From the NCBI RefSeq assembly GCF_006345805.1, contig NC_043011.1, positions 5,766,001 through 5,830,000 of the forward strand: 64,000 nt of DNA, given 5' to 3'. Source of the stretch: Octopus sinensis (taxonomy: Eukaryota). This document shows positions 37,231 through 49,976 of this stretch, in pieces. The first letter of the stretch is position 1, and the number at the start of each line of letters is the position of its first letter. A model generated the notes under the pieces. That model did no database searches. It was not told the origin of the DNA and saw only the letters and a program-made list of their open reading frames with translations. The translations under genes and the position numbers were made by a program.

Positions 37231-38169
37231 GTTTTACGCACTAGACTGAGGCCATGCTGGGGCACCGCCCTGAAGAATTTTTGTCCAGTAGTTTTTGTTT
37301 AAGTCGGGTACTTATTCTGTCAATATCTTTAGCTGAGCTGTTAAGTCATGGGGATGTAAATACACCAACACCAGTTGTCAAGCGGTTTGGAAGTACACAC
37401 ACACACACATGCGTTTGGGGGGGGATCGGGTGTTTTGTGTTTGTGTCTGTCCCTCGTCACTGCTTGTGTTGGTGTGTTTATGTTGCCATGACTTAGCAGT
37501 CTGACAAAAGAAATCGATAGAATAAGTACCAAGCTTAAAAAGAAAAATAAGTTCGGGGGTTGATTCATTTGACTGAAACCTCTTCAAGGCAGTGGTGCCC
37601 CAGCATGGCCACAGTCTAATGACTGAAACAAGTAAAGAGAAAAGATCAACTGAAATCCTCATCAGTCACAACGATGAGGAATGGTCCAGTTGATCAATGC
37701 AACATCCTGCTCGGGAAATTAACATGCAAGTGGCTGAGTACTCCACAGACACATCAGTGTGACACAGAATATGACAAGGCTGGTCCCCTTTGAATTACTG
37801 GTACAATTCATTTCTATCAACTGAGTGGACTGCAGCAATGTAACATGAAGTGTCTTGCTCAAGGACAGGATTGCATTGCTGGGAATCGAACTCATGACCT
37901 TATGATTAGGAGGTAAATACCCTAACCACCAAGCCACAGGCCTTCACTTAAAAGATAAACACACACACACATGCACACACACACACATACACACACATGC
38001 ACCAACACACACACATGCACACATAAATGTACACACCACACACACATGCACCAACACACACACACATGCACACACACATAAATGTACACACACGCACATG
38101 CACATACACACACATGCACCAACACACACACACGTGCACATACACACACATGCACCAACACACACACAT

Positions 38170-38200
<31 letters not shown>

Positions 38201-38679
38201 TGCACACACACGCACGCAATGGTCCCTTTACGTTTCCCATCTATTGAATTCACTCGCAAAGCTTTGGTCAGCCACATGCCTGGAAATCAAACATGCCCAT
38301 GCCTATAAACAGGTGTGTATAAAATGGGTGTATATATATATATAAACACACCCCACCATGCCCTGAGTGTAGGATGTGAGGTGGAGCAATGTTTATAGAA
38401 ACAAACCAAAACATAGACTGGAGACTGAAATGGGTTTCACCCAAGGGATTCCAAAGTCAAAACAAAATTCTTCGGCAAACATCCACCACCCCCACCACCA
38501 CCACCATCATTACTACCATCATCATCACCACCACCATCACTACCATCACCACCACCACCACCATCATCATTTTCACTACCATCTCCACCACCACTATCAT
38601 CACCACTGTCATGAGCTGTAAATAGAGATGCAAGTCTACCGTAGGGAGTATTTTAAGGGCAGCATCAAACAGATGCTTG

Positions 38680-39190
38680 ATTTATTAGAAGTAGCAGCCA
38701 AATCACTCTCAAATTATATCCAACCATCTCAAAAAAAAAAAAAAAAAGCAGGTCACATAAGACAATGTAATGCTAAGATACACTAAGTCTGAATAAAAGT
38801 TGAGATGGTCACAGCTGGAACATTGTTCTTCATAGAGCTGTTAGATAAAGGCTGATTTGGGGTTAACCAATGACAAATGAACGAAGGTGTCTCTATATAG
38901 CAGCTCAAGCTGCTAGAAATAGCAACCAAATCTCTCTCAAGACAGATAATCTAGTGCACAATGAAGTCTCATATCTGAATAAAAGACAAGATGGTCATGG
39001 CTGGAAGACCTTTGATCTGAAGTTTATTGGATGAGGGCTGACCTGGGGCTAAACAATAACATCAATGAATGGATTTTTACATGATTATTCAAGTTGCTAG
39101 AAACAGCAGCCAAACCACCTTCAATTCAGACAAAAGCAAGGATGGATAGACAAAGTCTGAATAAAATAAGACAGTGGGGGAGGGGTCATA
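38680..39190 (+). mobile_element. Three degenerate tandem copies of a ~190 bp repeat (family G)
   Basis: Units gctagaaatagcagccaaat...ggtcatggctggaa..gggctgacctggggctaaacaa. Fragments also at ~3230-3300, 11880-11970, 14320-14400, 16310-16600, 19830-19900, 26655-27090, 47930-48000, 48290-48370, 55610-55740. Confidence 0.6.
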
Positions 39191-39499
39191 GCTGCTACTT
39201 ACACTGAAAGAAAACTGACTCGGCTAACGATCTATCACGGCGACAGAAGGGTCACACAGGAGAGCGAAGAAGTAGGGGAGATAACAAAGTAGTCACAGAT
39301 ATAGAGAAAGAGAGACAGAGACTGGCAGACAGATAGAGGTATCTATCTATCTGTCTGTCTGAACCTGTCTATCAGTCTGTCCCTCTCTCTATCTTTATCT
39401 GTCTGCCAGTCTCTGTCTCTCTTTCTCTATATCTGTGACTACTTTGTTATCTCCCCTACTTCTTCGCTCTCCTGTGTGACCCTTCTGTTGCCATGATAG

Positions 39500-39654
39500 A
39501 TTGTTAGCCACTACACACATTTTTTTTCTCTCCTTGTTTTTTCTGTGTCCCTTTCTGTAGAAGAACGTAGGCTCAAAACATAAAAGACTTTTTCTGTTCC
39601 TGAGCATTATACTAATACATCTGTTTGTCTTGTTTTTTTCATAAACTCTCACTA
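39500..39654 (+). mobile_element. Penelope-like terminal fragment, degenerate hammerhead-like motif
   Basis: Homologous to 29300-29500 (CTTT-CTGTAGA-A-GAAC gtag GCTC-AAAAC-ATA-AAAGA). Confidence 0.55.
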
Positions 39655-40174
39655 TCTTTATATATATAAATCTTTATATATATAAATCTTTATATATATA
39701 AAACTGAGAATGTGTCTGTCTGTCTGTCTGTGTGTTTCCCTAAAACTTGAGAACTACACAACCAATTTCATTCAAATTTTACACATGCTTTACTTAGGGT
39801 CCATATAGTTTCATGGGCAAAAAAAATGTTCAACTTCTTGCCTAGAGCGAGCCCATAGCAATATCATATCTTCTCCACTATTTCAGTATTACATGTTAAA
39901 AGTGAAACAAAAACATTTCCCTATTTTATGTCAGATACTTTCACTTTAACAATAAAAATAATAATAACAATTGAATTATATGTAGTAAGTAATAATTAAT
40001 CAACTAAGTATAATATAATCGTAACATAAAAAAAAGTGAAAATAGCAATTGACTTGAACTTGATAATTGGTTTCACATGAATGGGAATAAATTAAAATAA
40101 AATTAGCGTGCAGAATGGAATAGTCCAGATGGATAATAAAAAATTAAATTAAGAAAAGACTATTGTCTATAAAG

Positions 40175-41820
40175 TATACAATGTAGAGAAAAAAGTCGCG
40201 TTTTTTTGCGCTCTGTAAAATTCGGTTAAAAAAGAAAAACAACAAAAAGTGAATTGTGGTTGCGGAATTGGAACGTCGGTTGGTGGGTTTCGCGTCGCAC
40301 GTTTTCTGTTCGGGAGGCCGTTTTTCGGTCTGAGGCGACTATGAGCCGCCTCTACCAAACGGATGAGATGGAAGGGAGAAATTTCTCTGAAAATTCGTCG
40401 ACATCTGAGAGGAGTTGGCGGTGAAAAAATGGAAAGCACCTATGCAGGTATAACGAAGAATCAACAGAAAAAAGATATACCTGCTAAGTTGACGGACTTC
40501 CAGGAGTTCATGAAGGAGGAGAACGGAGAGTTGAGCTGTTGCCTCTAGCAGGGCGCGGAGACTGGTTCCATCGTAGAACCATTAAATATAAAGTATTTAT
40601 GAATGGAGGTAGAAAATGGAAGTGATTAACATGGAAGCAATTGAAGAGGCTTTCAAACGGACAGGAGAAGAAATTGTGTACATGACAAAAGGATTAGAAT
40701 ATGGAACCATAACGGTACAATTTAAAAGTGAGAAAGCAGCCAGGAATATAGCAGCCAAGGTGGTGAGTACAGAAAAGTTTTACTTGTTCCCCTCGTATTT
40801 GAATAGAAGGACCACCAGAATTAGGGTGGAAGGAATACCTCCTCCACACCTAGAGGGCGAATTAATAACGGCTGCGGTTATCAAAGGAAATGAAGATAAA
40901 GTGGACATCCTCCACGCCATTATGAAATATGAAGGCGTGAGAGGTGCCACACTAGTAATGAACATACAGACGGAGGCGGAAGTTATAGAAAAGCTTACGG
41001 ACAGTATAAAACTGGAATATTATTATGAGAGTGTGGGTGGAGGGTAGGGCGCCCAGGTGCTACAAGTGTGCATGAGGGTCACATAAGAGCCTACTGCCCT
41101 CCACCACTAAAGGAAAAAGAAAAGGAAATCGTCGCGGAAGCCCCAAAAGAGGAAGAAACCAAAGAGAACCAAAGGGAAAAAGAAACGACAGAAGAAGAGG
41201 AGATGCAACAAGAGTGGGAAGAAGGAAGAAAAAAGAGAAAAGAAAGAAAAAGAAAAACTGTGCGAAGCCCCAACCCACCCCAACACCACCCGCACCCTTC
41301 CCCTGCAGACATTGAACCCACCCCCGCTCCCCTCCAACAAAAAACAAAAGAAAAATACAATACAGACAGACAAGAGTTTGAAAACGAACCCAGGCCGAAC
41401 ATTATATTGTGACTGAACAGAAAGAGGTTGAAAGGTAATGGAGGAGTATGAATGGTATGAAATGGATGGGACCAGATATGCAGTTGCTGGAAAAGAAGAA
41501 TATAGATGAGTTTGTTGTTGAGGTGTGAAAGGGAGAATTGGGAGGTGAAAGATACAAGAATGAGCGATGAATTCGTGGAATATATGGAGGACAGTTCCGG
41601 TAATGGATATGGATGGTCTTCGTATTGGGAATGAACATTCAGGTGACAGTGAAACAAAAGGACAGGTAAGTGATGCTGGTGGAGGGGGCCGTTAGCATCG
41701 CTTCATATTATCCTTTTTTCATTTTCATTTGCCTCATAAATTTAATCATATTGTTCTATGTCCCCCATGTTTTGTTATGTCCGCCATTCTTCGTAGCCCC
41801 TGGTGGGTAATAAAGAAATA
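40175..41820 (+). mobile_element. Degenerate Tx1/L1-type non-LTR element with ORF1 only (HAL1-like)
   Basis: CpG-rich 5' UTR, frameshifted ORF1 pieces (40363-40548, 40616-41047, 41068-41412), gag knuckle RCYKC/HEGHIRAYC (CX2CX4HX4C split by a frameshift at ~41070), charged K/E-rich tail. No endonuclease or RT seen before a U-rich 3' end terminating AATAAAGAAATA. Confidence 0.72.
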
Positions 41821-42150
41821 ACATGGAGGAAAGCACCTTCGAAAAGTGTATTGGTGCGACTATGAAAGGTATCTAATCAGAGGCGGTAAATTTGCCACAA
41901 TAGAAGCAAGGTTTGAGTCAATGAAGCGTGCAAGGGAGTACTCAACTCGAACTTGCAAAGTGGAAATATTTTATTTTTACCTTTATATCTGGGACGTAGG
42001 ACGTCCTGGAAAAAAATTTAAAACGCCCCCCCCCAGAAGTAGAGGTAGGCTGGATTGTAGCCACACTTCTATACAAGAGGGAAGACAAGATACAATTGAT
42101 CAAAATTACAAGAGACGGGCTAACAATTCTAGTCTGTTATATATTTTGAG
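41821..42150 (+). pseudogene. Second, diverged ORF1 fragment of the same Tx1-like family
   Basis: ATIEARFESMKRARE..FYF/LPLYLGRRT..PPEVEVGWIVATLLYKREDKIQLI aligns by eye to GTITVQFKSEKAARN..FYLFPSYLNRRT..PPHLEGELITAAVIKGNEDKVDIL of 40616-41047. Confidence 0.7.
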
Positions 42151-42301
42151 TATTGTTATCACTAGCGATATCAAGATATAACTTTGTACTTTATGTATAG
42201 ATGTATATATATAGATGTACATGTAATATGTACACATATATATATGCACATATATACATGCACTAGCACTATGACCCGGCAACGCCGGGTCTTTAATGCT
42301 A

Positions 42302-42365
<64 letters not shown>

Positions 42366-43893
42366 ATATATCGATCTATCTATCTGTCTGTCTGTGTTCT
42401 TCTGTCTCTCTGTCTCTCCCCTCCCTCCCTCACACACACATATCTGGGTGTGTGTCATAACTGAACTCTCCACAAATCTCTAAACCCTAACCCTTGTGCT
42501 TTTGGAACAAAAGCTTATTTCTAGTTCAGTCAGACGGGAAGACAGTGTCATCATCCTTGGCCAGGGTTTCCAAACTGGTGGATGGAAAGGAGAACATCCT
42601 TAAATTAGAGAATTTGGTCTGAATATTTGCAACAGAGTGGACTCCACTGATGATACCCAAGGATAATGTGGTGGTGTTCAACTGGGTGAGAGGTTAAATC
42701 TATGACCCAAGAAATTCATGGCAGGATTTGAACTCAGAACATGTAGAGACGGAACAAATACTTGAAGGAATCTGGACTAATGTTCTTAGAGTTCTGCTAA
42801 TTCATCCCTAATCCTGGATTGGAACTTGTTTTTTGATCCAGAAAGTATGAAAAGTAAAGTTGACCTCAGCAGGATTTGATCTTGGAATGGAAAGAATCAG
42901 TATAAATACCACAAGTTATCCTGTCTGGTATTCTAACAACTCTACCAAAGTGATACAATGATGTTAAAAGAGGGATTTTCTGTTTTTATAGCAAATTGGT
43001 AGGTCTTCAGTTAATTTAATCTCCATCATCATCATCATCATCATCTTTTAATGTCTGTCTTCTATGCCGGGATGGGATGGATGGTTGGAGAGGACCCAAT
43101 GGGTCTGAGGATTGCATTGTGCTCCAATGCCTGCTTCAGTATAGTTTCTACAGCTGGATTCTCTTCCAAACACCAACCACTTTACGGCAAGTTCTGGATG
43201 CCTTTTTTTTTGTGGCATCACTACTAGATAGGTCACCATACAGCTCACAAGTCGAAGACACCACCCCCCCCTTCAAATGATTAGGACCACAAGAAAGAGA
43301 CAGACAGAGATGGGGGAGGTGGCTTGATGCTAGGAGATGAGAGGTTGAAGTATGAAAGAGGGGCTAGGAATAGAAGAGATTTCTTGTTGTAGAGGGGCCA
43401 CATAGCTACTTGAAATGTATAAGAATGGATTGGGGTAATCAAGATGGAATTGGAAAGAGAGATAAAATACTGATGATGAGGTGTCAAGGCAGACCCTCAA
43501 AGACCAAGAATGTGAAGAGAAATGACTAGGAACAGAAGAACATGCTTGAGTAGGTAGAGGCAGCAAGATTCTATGGGTGTAATTGATGACATATTTAATG
43601 TATCCCTACATCTAATAAAATACATGGGTATCTCTGATATATTTCTGGTCAGATTCCTCACATCTCTATTCTGACAATATTTTCAAAGCAAGAGCTTTCA
43701 GGGCTTGTTTAATTCTTTGTCTTTCTTCAATATTTCTTCGTTAGTGTTACATTAATTAATCAATGGGGAATCATTTGGTGCTGACTTAGCAGTAATAAAA
43801 ATGAAGAAAAACAACAGCACAAAAACATTTTCAATAAATAAAAGTAAAAAATAAAACTCATAATGCTTCACAACAAAGCATTGAGGTTTTACC

Positions 43894-43938
<45 letters not shown>

Positions 43939-44409
43939 TATTACTATTATTATTATTATTATTATTACTATTATTATTAATATTATTATTATTTGATAGT
44001 TTATAGAAAATTGATCTTACTTAAAGATATCAATCAGCAATTAATTTCATTAGTTAATGTATTCTCTTATTCTTCCAACAAAACAAAGAACCAAAACAAA
44101 TGGTAAAAACAGTTGACATTGACTTGGAATTCTAATAACTCTGCTGACATTTCTCATCAACTGTCACATACTCTTTGGCAATGCTTTTAAACTTTTATAT
44201 ATATATACACACACATATATATATATACACATATATACATACACACACACATATATATACACATATGTATACACACATATATATACATATATATACATAT
44301 ATACACATATATATATATACACACATATATATACACATATATATACACACACACGCACACACATTCCTTTTCTTTTGTTTCAGCTCAGAGCTGCGGCCAT
44401 GCTGATGCA

Positions 44410-44670
44410 CCGCTGTTTTGTATTTATATATTTATTTATATATATATAAATATATTTATTTTTATATATTATTTATATATATATAAATATATTTATTTTT
44501 ATATATTTATTTATATATATATATTTATAGATATATATAGTTATATATTTATTTATATATTTATTTATATATATATATTTATAGATATATATATAGTTAT
44601 ATATTTATTTATATAAATATATAATATATATATATATATATAATATATATATATATACAGTTATATATTT
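44410..44670. repeat. AT-rich minisatellite (atagttatatatttatttat unit), resuming at 46229-46470
   Basis: The same unit lies on both sides of the family C array. Confidence 0.85.
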
Positions 44671-44734
44671 ATTCCACCTGCCTTCGTCTTTTGTCTATTT
44701 TCATAAAGCTTCCCGTTTATATATATATATATAT

Positions 44735-46228
44735 ATCATCATCATCATTTAACGTCCGCTTTCCATGCTAGCATGGGTTGGACGGTTCAACTGGGGTCTG
44801 GGGAGCCCGAAGCTGCACAGTCCAGTCAGATCTGGCAGTGTTTCTACAGCTGGATGCCCTTCCTAACGCCAACCACTCCGAGAGTGTAGTGGGTGATTTT
44901 ATGTGCCACCGACACAGGTGCCAGACGAGGCTGGTAAACGGCCACGCTCGGATGGTGTTTTTATGTGCCAACCACCACGCCACAGAGTGCCAGATGAGCG
45001 GCAAATGGCCACGATCGGATGGTGTTTGTTACGTGCCCACAGCACGGAGGCCAGTCGATGCGGTACTGGCTACGGCCACGTTCGGATGGTTTTCTCATGT
45101 GCCGTGCCACGTGCCACCGCACTGGTACCACAAAGATACAAATTCCATTGATGTTCATCTATTTTGATTTGTTTTGATTTTCACTTGCCTCAACAGGTCT
45201 TCACAAGTGTCACAAGAAGGAAGGTATGCACAGGTGGACCGACTACGTCCCAGGTAGGGGCCACAGGTTATGGCCTGACTAGTCTTGCCGGGTCTTCGGA
45301 TGGTGTTTTTATGTGCCACCGACACAGGTGCCAGATGAGGCTGGCGAACGGCCACGATCGGATGGTGTTTGTTATGTGCCCACAGCACGATGGCCAGTCG
45401 ATGCGGTACTGACTACGGCCACGTTCGGATGGATTTCTTGTGTGCCACAGGCACTGGTACCACAAAGATACAAATTCCATTGATGTTCATCTATTTTGAT
45501 TTGATTTGATTTGATTTTCACTTGCCTCAACAGGTCTTCACAAGTGTCACAAGAAGGAAGGTATGCACAGGTGGACTGACTAGTCTTGCCGGGTCTTCGG
45601 AAGGTGTTTTTATGTGCCACCGACACAGGTGCCAGATGAGGCTGGGCGAACAGCCATGATCGGATGGTGTTTGTTACGTGCCCACAGCACGGAGGCCGGT
45701 CGATGCGGAACTGGCTACGGCCACGTTCGGATGGTTTTCTTGTGTGCCACCGGCACTGTACCACAAAGTGTGTGCCACCGGCACTGGTACCACAAGATAC
45801 AGATTCCATTGATGTTCATCTATTTTGATTTGTTTTGATTTTCACTTGCCTCAACAGGTCTTCACAAGTGTCACAAGAAGGAAGGTATGCACAGGTGGAC
45901 TGACTACGTCCCAGGTAGGGCCATGGGTTATGGCCTGACTAGTCTTGCCGGGTCTTCGGATGGTGTTTTTATGTGCCACCGACACAGTGCTAGATGAGGC
46001 TGGCGAACGGCCACGATCGGATAGTGTTTGTCATATGCCCACAGCACGGAGGCCAGTTGATGCGGTACTGGCTACGGCCACATTCGGATGGTTTTCTCTT
46101 GTGTGCCACCGGCACTGGTACCACAAAGATACAAATTCCATTGATGTTCATCTATTTTGATTTGTTTTGATTTGATTTGATTTTGATTTTCACTTGCCTC
46201 ACAGGCCTTCACAAGGAGGAAGGTATGC
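44735..46228 (-). repeat. SINE family C element expanded into four higher-order tandem units of ~270-410 bp
   Basis: Units start at ~44891, 45301, 45601 and 45961 (ttttatgtgccaccgacac...), each with ~60-bp subrepeats; a single (GAT)n tail at 44735. Confidence 0.9.
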
Positions 46229-46702
46229 ATATAGTTATATATTTATTTATATATATATATATAGTTATATATTTATTTATATAATATATATATATATAGT
46301 TATATATTTATTTATATAAATATATATATATATATATAGTTATATATTTATTTATATAAATATATATATATATAGTTATATATTTATTTATATAAATATA
46401 TATATATATAGTTATATATTTATTTATATAAATATATATATATATAATATATAATATATATATATATATAGAAGAGAGAGAGAGAGAGAGAGAGAGATAG
46501 ATATAGATATATATATATATATAGATAGATAGATAGATAGATATATATATATATATATTTATTTATACAATAGTATTAAGGAATGACCCTGACAGGCCGT
46601 TCAACTCACTTGAAAGAGCAGCTAAACTCAAACCGCAAAATAGTAGTAATTCTGAAACTAAAGGAGAAATAAAACCATCTATCCCCTTTTTATTTATATA
46701 TA

Positions 46703-47035
46703 TTGTTGTATTTCGGAATGGTCATTTTGCCAGTTTAGCCAATAAAAACACATGCACTATATATTTGGTGTTACTTTGCTTCAGTGTTATTCATTTTTTA
46801 CATTAATCTTAATCTTATTTCGGTCAGAATTCTTTCATCACACTTCTGTGACAGCATCAGTGATCCTTTGCTTTCTTCTTTCTTATTTGTGTGTCTCTCC
46901 TTACTAATGGTCAGCCGAAATAAGAATAAGATTAATGTAAAAAATAAATAACACTGAAGCAAAGTAACACCAAATATATAGTGCATGTGTTTTTATTGGC
47001 TAAACTGGCAAAATGACCATTCCGAAATACAACAA
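46703..47035. mobile_element. Foldback MITE, ~120-bp TIRs, TA target duplication
   Basis: TA|TTGTTGTATTTCGGAATGG...ATTTCGG (to 46823) and CCGAAATAAG...CCGAAATACAACAA|TA (from ~46915); ~90-bp spacer. Confidence 0.85.
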
Positions 47036-47365
47036 TATCTGTTTCAAACACACGATTTCACATCAAAAATCTTGCAAAACAAATATATAAACGTAAAAAT
47101 ATATATATATATATATATTTAATATATATATATTTATATATAATATATTTATATATATTTATATATATTTATATATAATATATTATATATATTTATATAT
47201 ATTTATATATTTATTTATATATATATTTATATATATTTATATATATTTATATATTTATTTATATATATATTTATATATATTTATATATTTATTATATATT
47301 TATTTATATATATTTATATTTATATATATATATATCAACACACACAAGCATGTGTATGTATGTCT

Positions 47366-47405
<40 letters not shown>

Positions 47406-48034
47406 AGAGCGAGAGAGAGATTGGTATGGGTGGGTATGTATATATGTGCGAGTGTGTAAAGCTAAAAGCAAACCTAAGCTAAGGTAATTAAGTGAGAGTG
47501 GCCAGTGGCAACAAGTGTTGGACAACAAAAGCATAGAAAACTCATCTAAAATGCTATACAAGATAAATTCTTGGTTAATTAAAACTATTTTCACTGTGAG
47601 AGAAGGTAAACAAATACCCAGCAGCTATTATAACCAACTTCAAATGAGAAAGGGGAGATACTCTCAAGAAATCAATAATCAAACTCCTGAACGAAGATGT
47701 CATTAATGAAATGAGAATCTGTGTTTACTGGATGCAAGAAGACACTTGCGAACATGTTTCTTCCTCAATGAGCATCATCAGCCCAGCATTGTCCTATTTT
47801 AACTTCAGATCATCCATGCCTCATGGTGATTTGCATAAGTATAACAAAAAATGAACCAAAGGAAATAGCTCAAGAGTGGCCAGTTATTCGTATTTGGACA
47901 ATAAAGACCAAGAATAAGTGACCCCATGGAAGGATTTTCAGTGGAAGACCTTTGATCATAAGTCTACTTGATTAGGACTGACCTGGGAGGGAACACCAAC
48001 AATAACAACCAATATTACAGTTCTATATTTAAGA

Positions 48035-48150
48035 GATGAGGAATCATATTATTTACCTTATTTACATTCGACGGATGGATATATCAGCCGAAATGTTGTG
48101 TTAAAAACAAACAAGATGAGGACAAATATCTGTCAAATGTAAATAATGAA
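48035..48150. mobile_element. Truncated Penelope-like fragment with short inverted ends and the 3' half of a hammerhead-like motif
   Basis: TTTACATTCGACGGA ... TCTGTCAAATGTAAA inverted pair around ATATCAGCC-GAAAT-GTT-GTG; the CUGANGA half is missing. Confidence 0.4.
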
Positions 48151-48543
48151 CAACCAATATTATTGAAGATTACAAGATCACTGCTGACAGAGTTAGTAAA
48201 GTACAATAGATTTTGCGACCAAATGCCTCAGTCCACCTAGCTGTAAATAGGTGCATCATAGTAGTAACAGCTCAACACTGTCATATTGATGTTTCATTGT
48301 TGTATAGCTCCAGGCTGGCTCTGATATAGCACAGACAAAGTTCAAAGACATCCTAACCACGACAAACTCATCTGTTCTTCAAACATGAGAAGACCTGTTG
48401 AGTCAAGTAAAACCAATATCGTAGTTATGGCCAGTGCCCCCTCACTGGCTCCCATGCCGGTAGCATGTAAAAAGCACCAACCAAACATAGCCAATGCCAG
48501 TACCCCAGACTGGCTCCTGTGCCAGTAGCATGTAAAAAGTACC

Positions 48544-48765
48544 TATTTCTTTACTACCCACAAGGGGCTAAACACAGAGAGGACAAACAAGGACAGACAA
48601 ATTAAGTCGATTATATCGACCCCAGTGCGTAACTAGTACTTATTTAATCGACCCTGAAAGGATGAAAGGCAAAGTCGACCTTGGCGGAATTTGAACTCAG
48701 AACGTAACGGCAGACGAGATACCAGTAAGCATTTTGGCCGGCATGCTAACATTTCTGCCAGGTCA
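48544..48765 (-). mobile_element. SINE family B inserted into a family C copy with 11-bp TSD
   Basis: TAAAAAGTACC at 48533-48543 and 48766-48776. Confidence 0.85.
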
Positions 48766-49379
48766 TAAAAAGTACCATCTTGGAACCTGGTGCAGCCGCT
48801 GGCTCTCCAGACCTCAGTCAAACTGCATGGAAAAGGGACATTAAACGATGATGATGATATAGCATATATCTACATTAGACACAACATGAATATTCCTTTC
48901 AATGGCATGTTCTCTTTACTTGTATGAAGTGGGAAGAGGATTAAAGTTGAGAAATAGAGAGGAGTGGAGGAAAGACAGAGAGAGATGGCTGACTGCACAA
49001 GCAGATACATACAAAAATATAAAGAAATATGAAATCCAGGCAAAATAGAGAAGAAAAGAATGATAAAAACAAGCTTGAAGAAATTTTTTAAAAGGAGGAA
49101 AGAAAAGACAAGTGATAAACAAAGAAAACAAGAAAGTAGAGAAAAAGAGAATTTGGGAGAAGACTTCAGAAAGAGTGAAAGAGAATTGTGACACAAACTG
49201 AGAGATAGATAAAAGGAATGACCAGTGGCAAGGCATTTAATTCTCTTTTGATGCAAAGATTATTAAAGATATAAATCCGTATCTGATTAAGACATCATTT
49301 AAATCTAATTACAGTTCAGAGTCAACGAATTACGTTTTCTGAATCAATGGTTCTCGTTATCTATCTATCTATCTGTGTA

Positions 49380-49416
49380 ACACGTATGTAATATATATAA
49401 ACATACACACATACAT

Positions 49417-49452
<36 letters not shown>

Positions 49453-49610
49453 CATATATATACACATATATATATATATACATATATATACATATATATA
49501 TATAACATATATATACATATATATATATATATATACCACACATATATATACATATATATATACATATATATACATACATATATACATATATATACATACA
49601 TATTATATAC

Positions 49611-49650
<40 letters not shown>

Positions 49651-49936
49651 ATATATATACATACATATATTATACATATATATACATACATATTACATAT
49701 ATATACATATATACATACATATACATATATACATATATATACATACATATATAACATATATATACATTATATATACATATATATACATACATTATATATA
49801 TATATATATATAACATACATATATTATACATATATATACATACATATATTATACATATATATATACATATATACACATATATATACATATATTATACATA
49901 CATATATATACATACATATACACATATATATACTAC

Positions 49937-49975
<39 letters not shown>
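49380..49975. repeat. (TA)n/(TACA)n degenerate microsatellite
   Basis: Directly visible. Confidence 0.95.

Positions 49976-49976
<1 letters not shown>

Larger units (their letters stand above)
39655..42302 (+). mobile_element. Non-autonomous Helitron with nested cargo
   Basis: A|TC start (16-bp head TCTTTATATATATAAA triplicated); 3' hairpin GACCCGGC-AAC-GCCGGGTC (42273-42291) followed by CTAG|T. Removing the block rejoins the Penelope-like tail to (TA)n, as in the sibling copies. Confidence 0.7.

Noticed and set aside
42481-42495. TAAACCCTAACCCT as an interstitial telomere
   Set aside because: Only two units; expected by chance.
44891-46228. CRISPR-like array
   Set aside because: Eukaryotic context; units are fully homologous with no unique spacers.
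47745-47790. Minus-strand CTGATGA..GAAACATGTTC
   Set aside because: Stems I and II do not pair properly.
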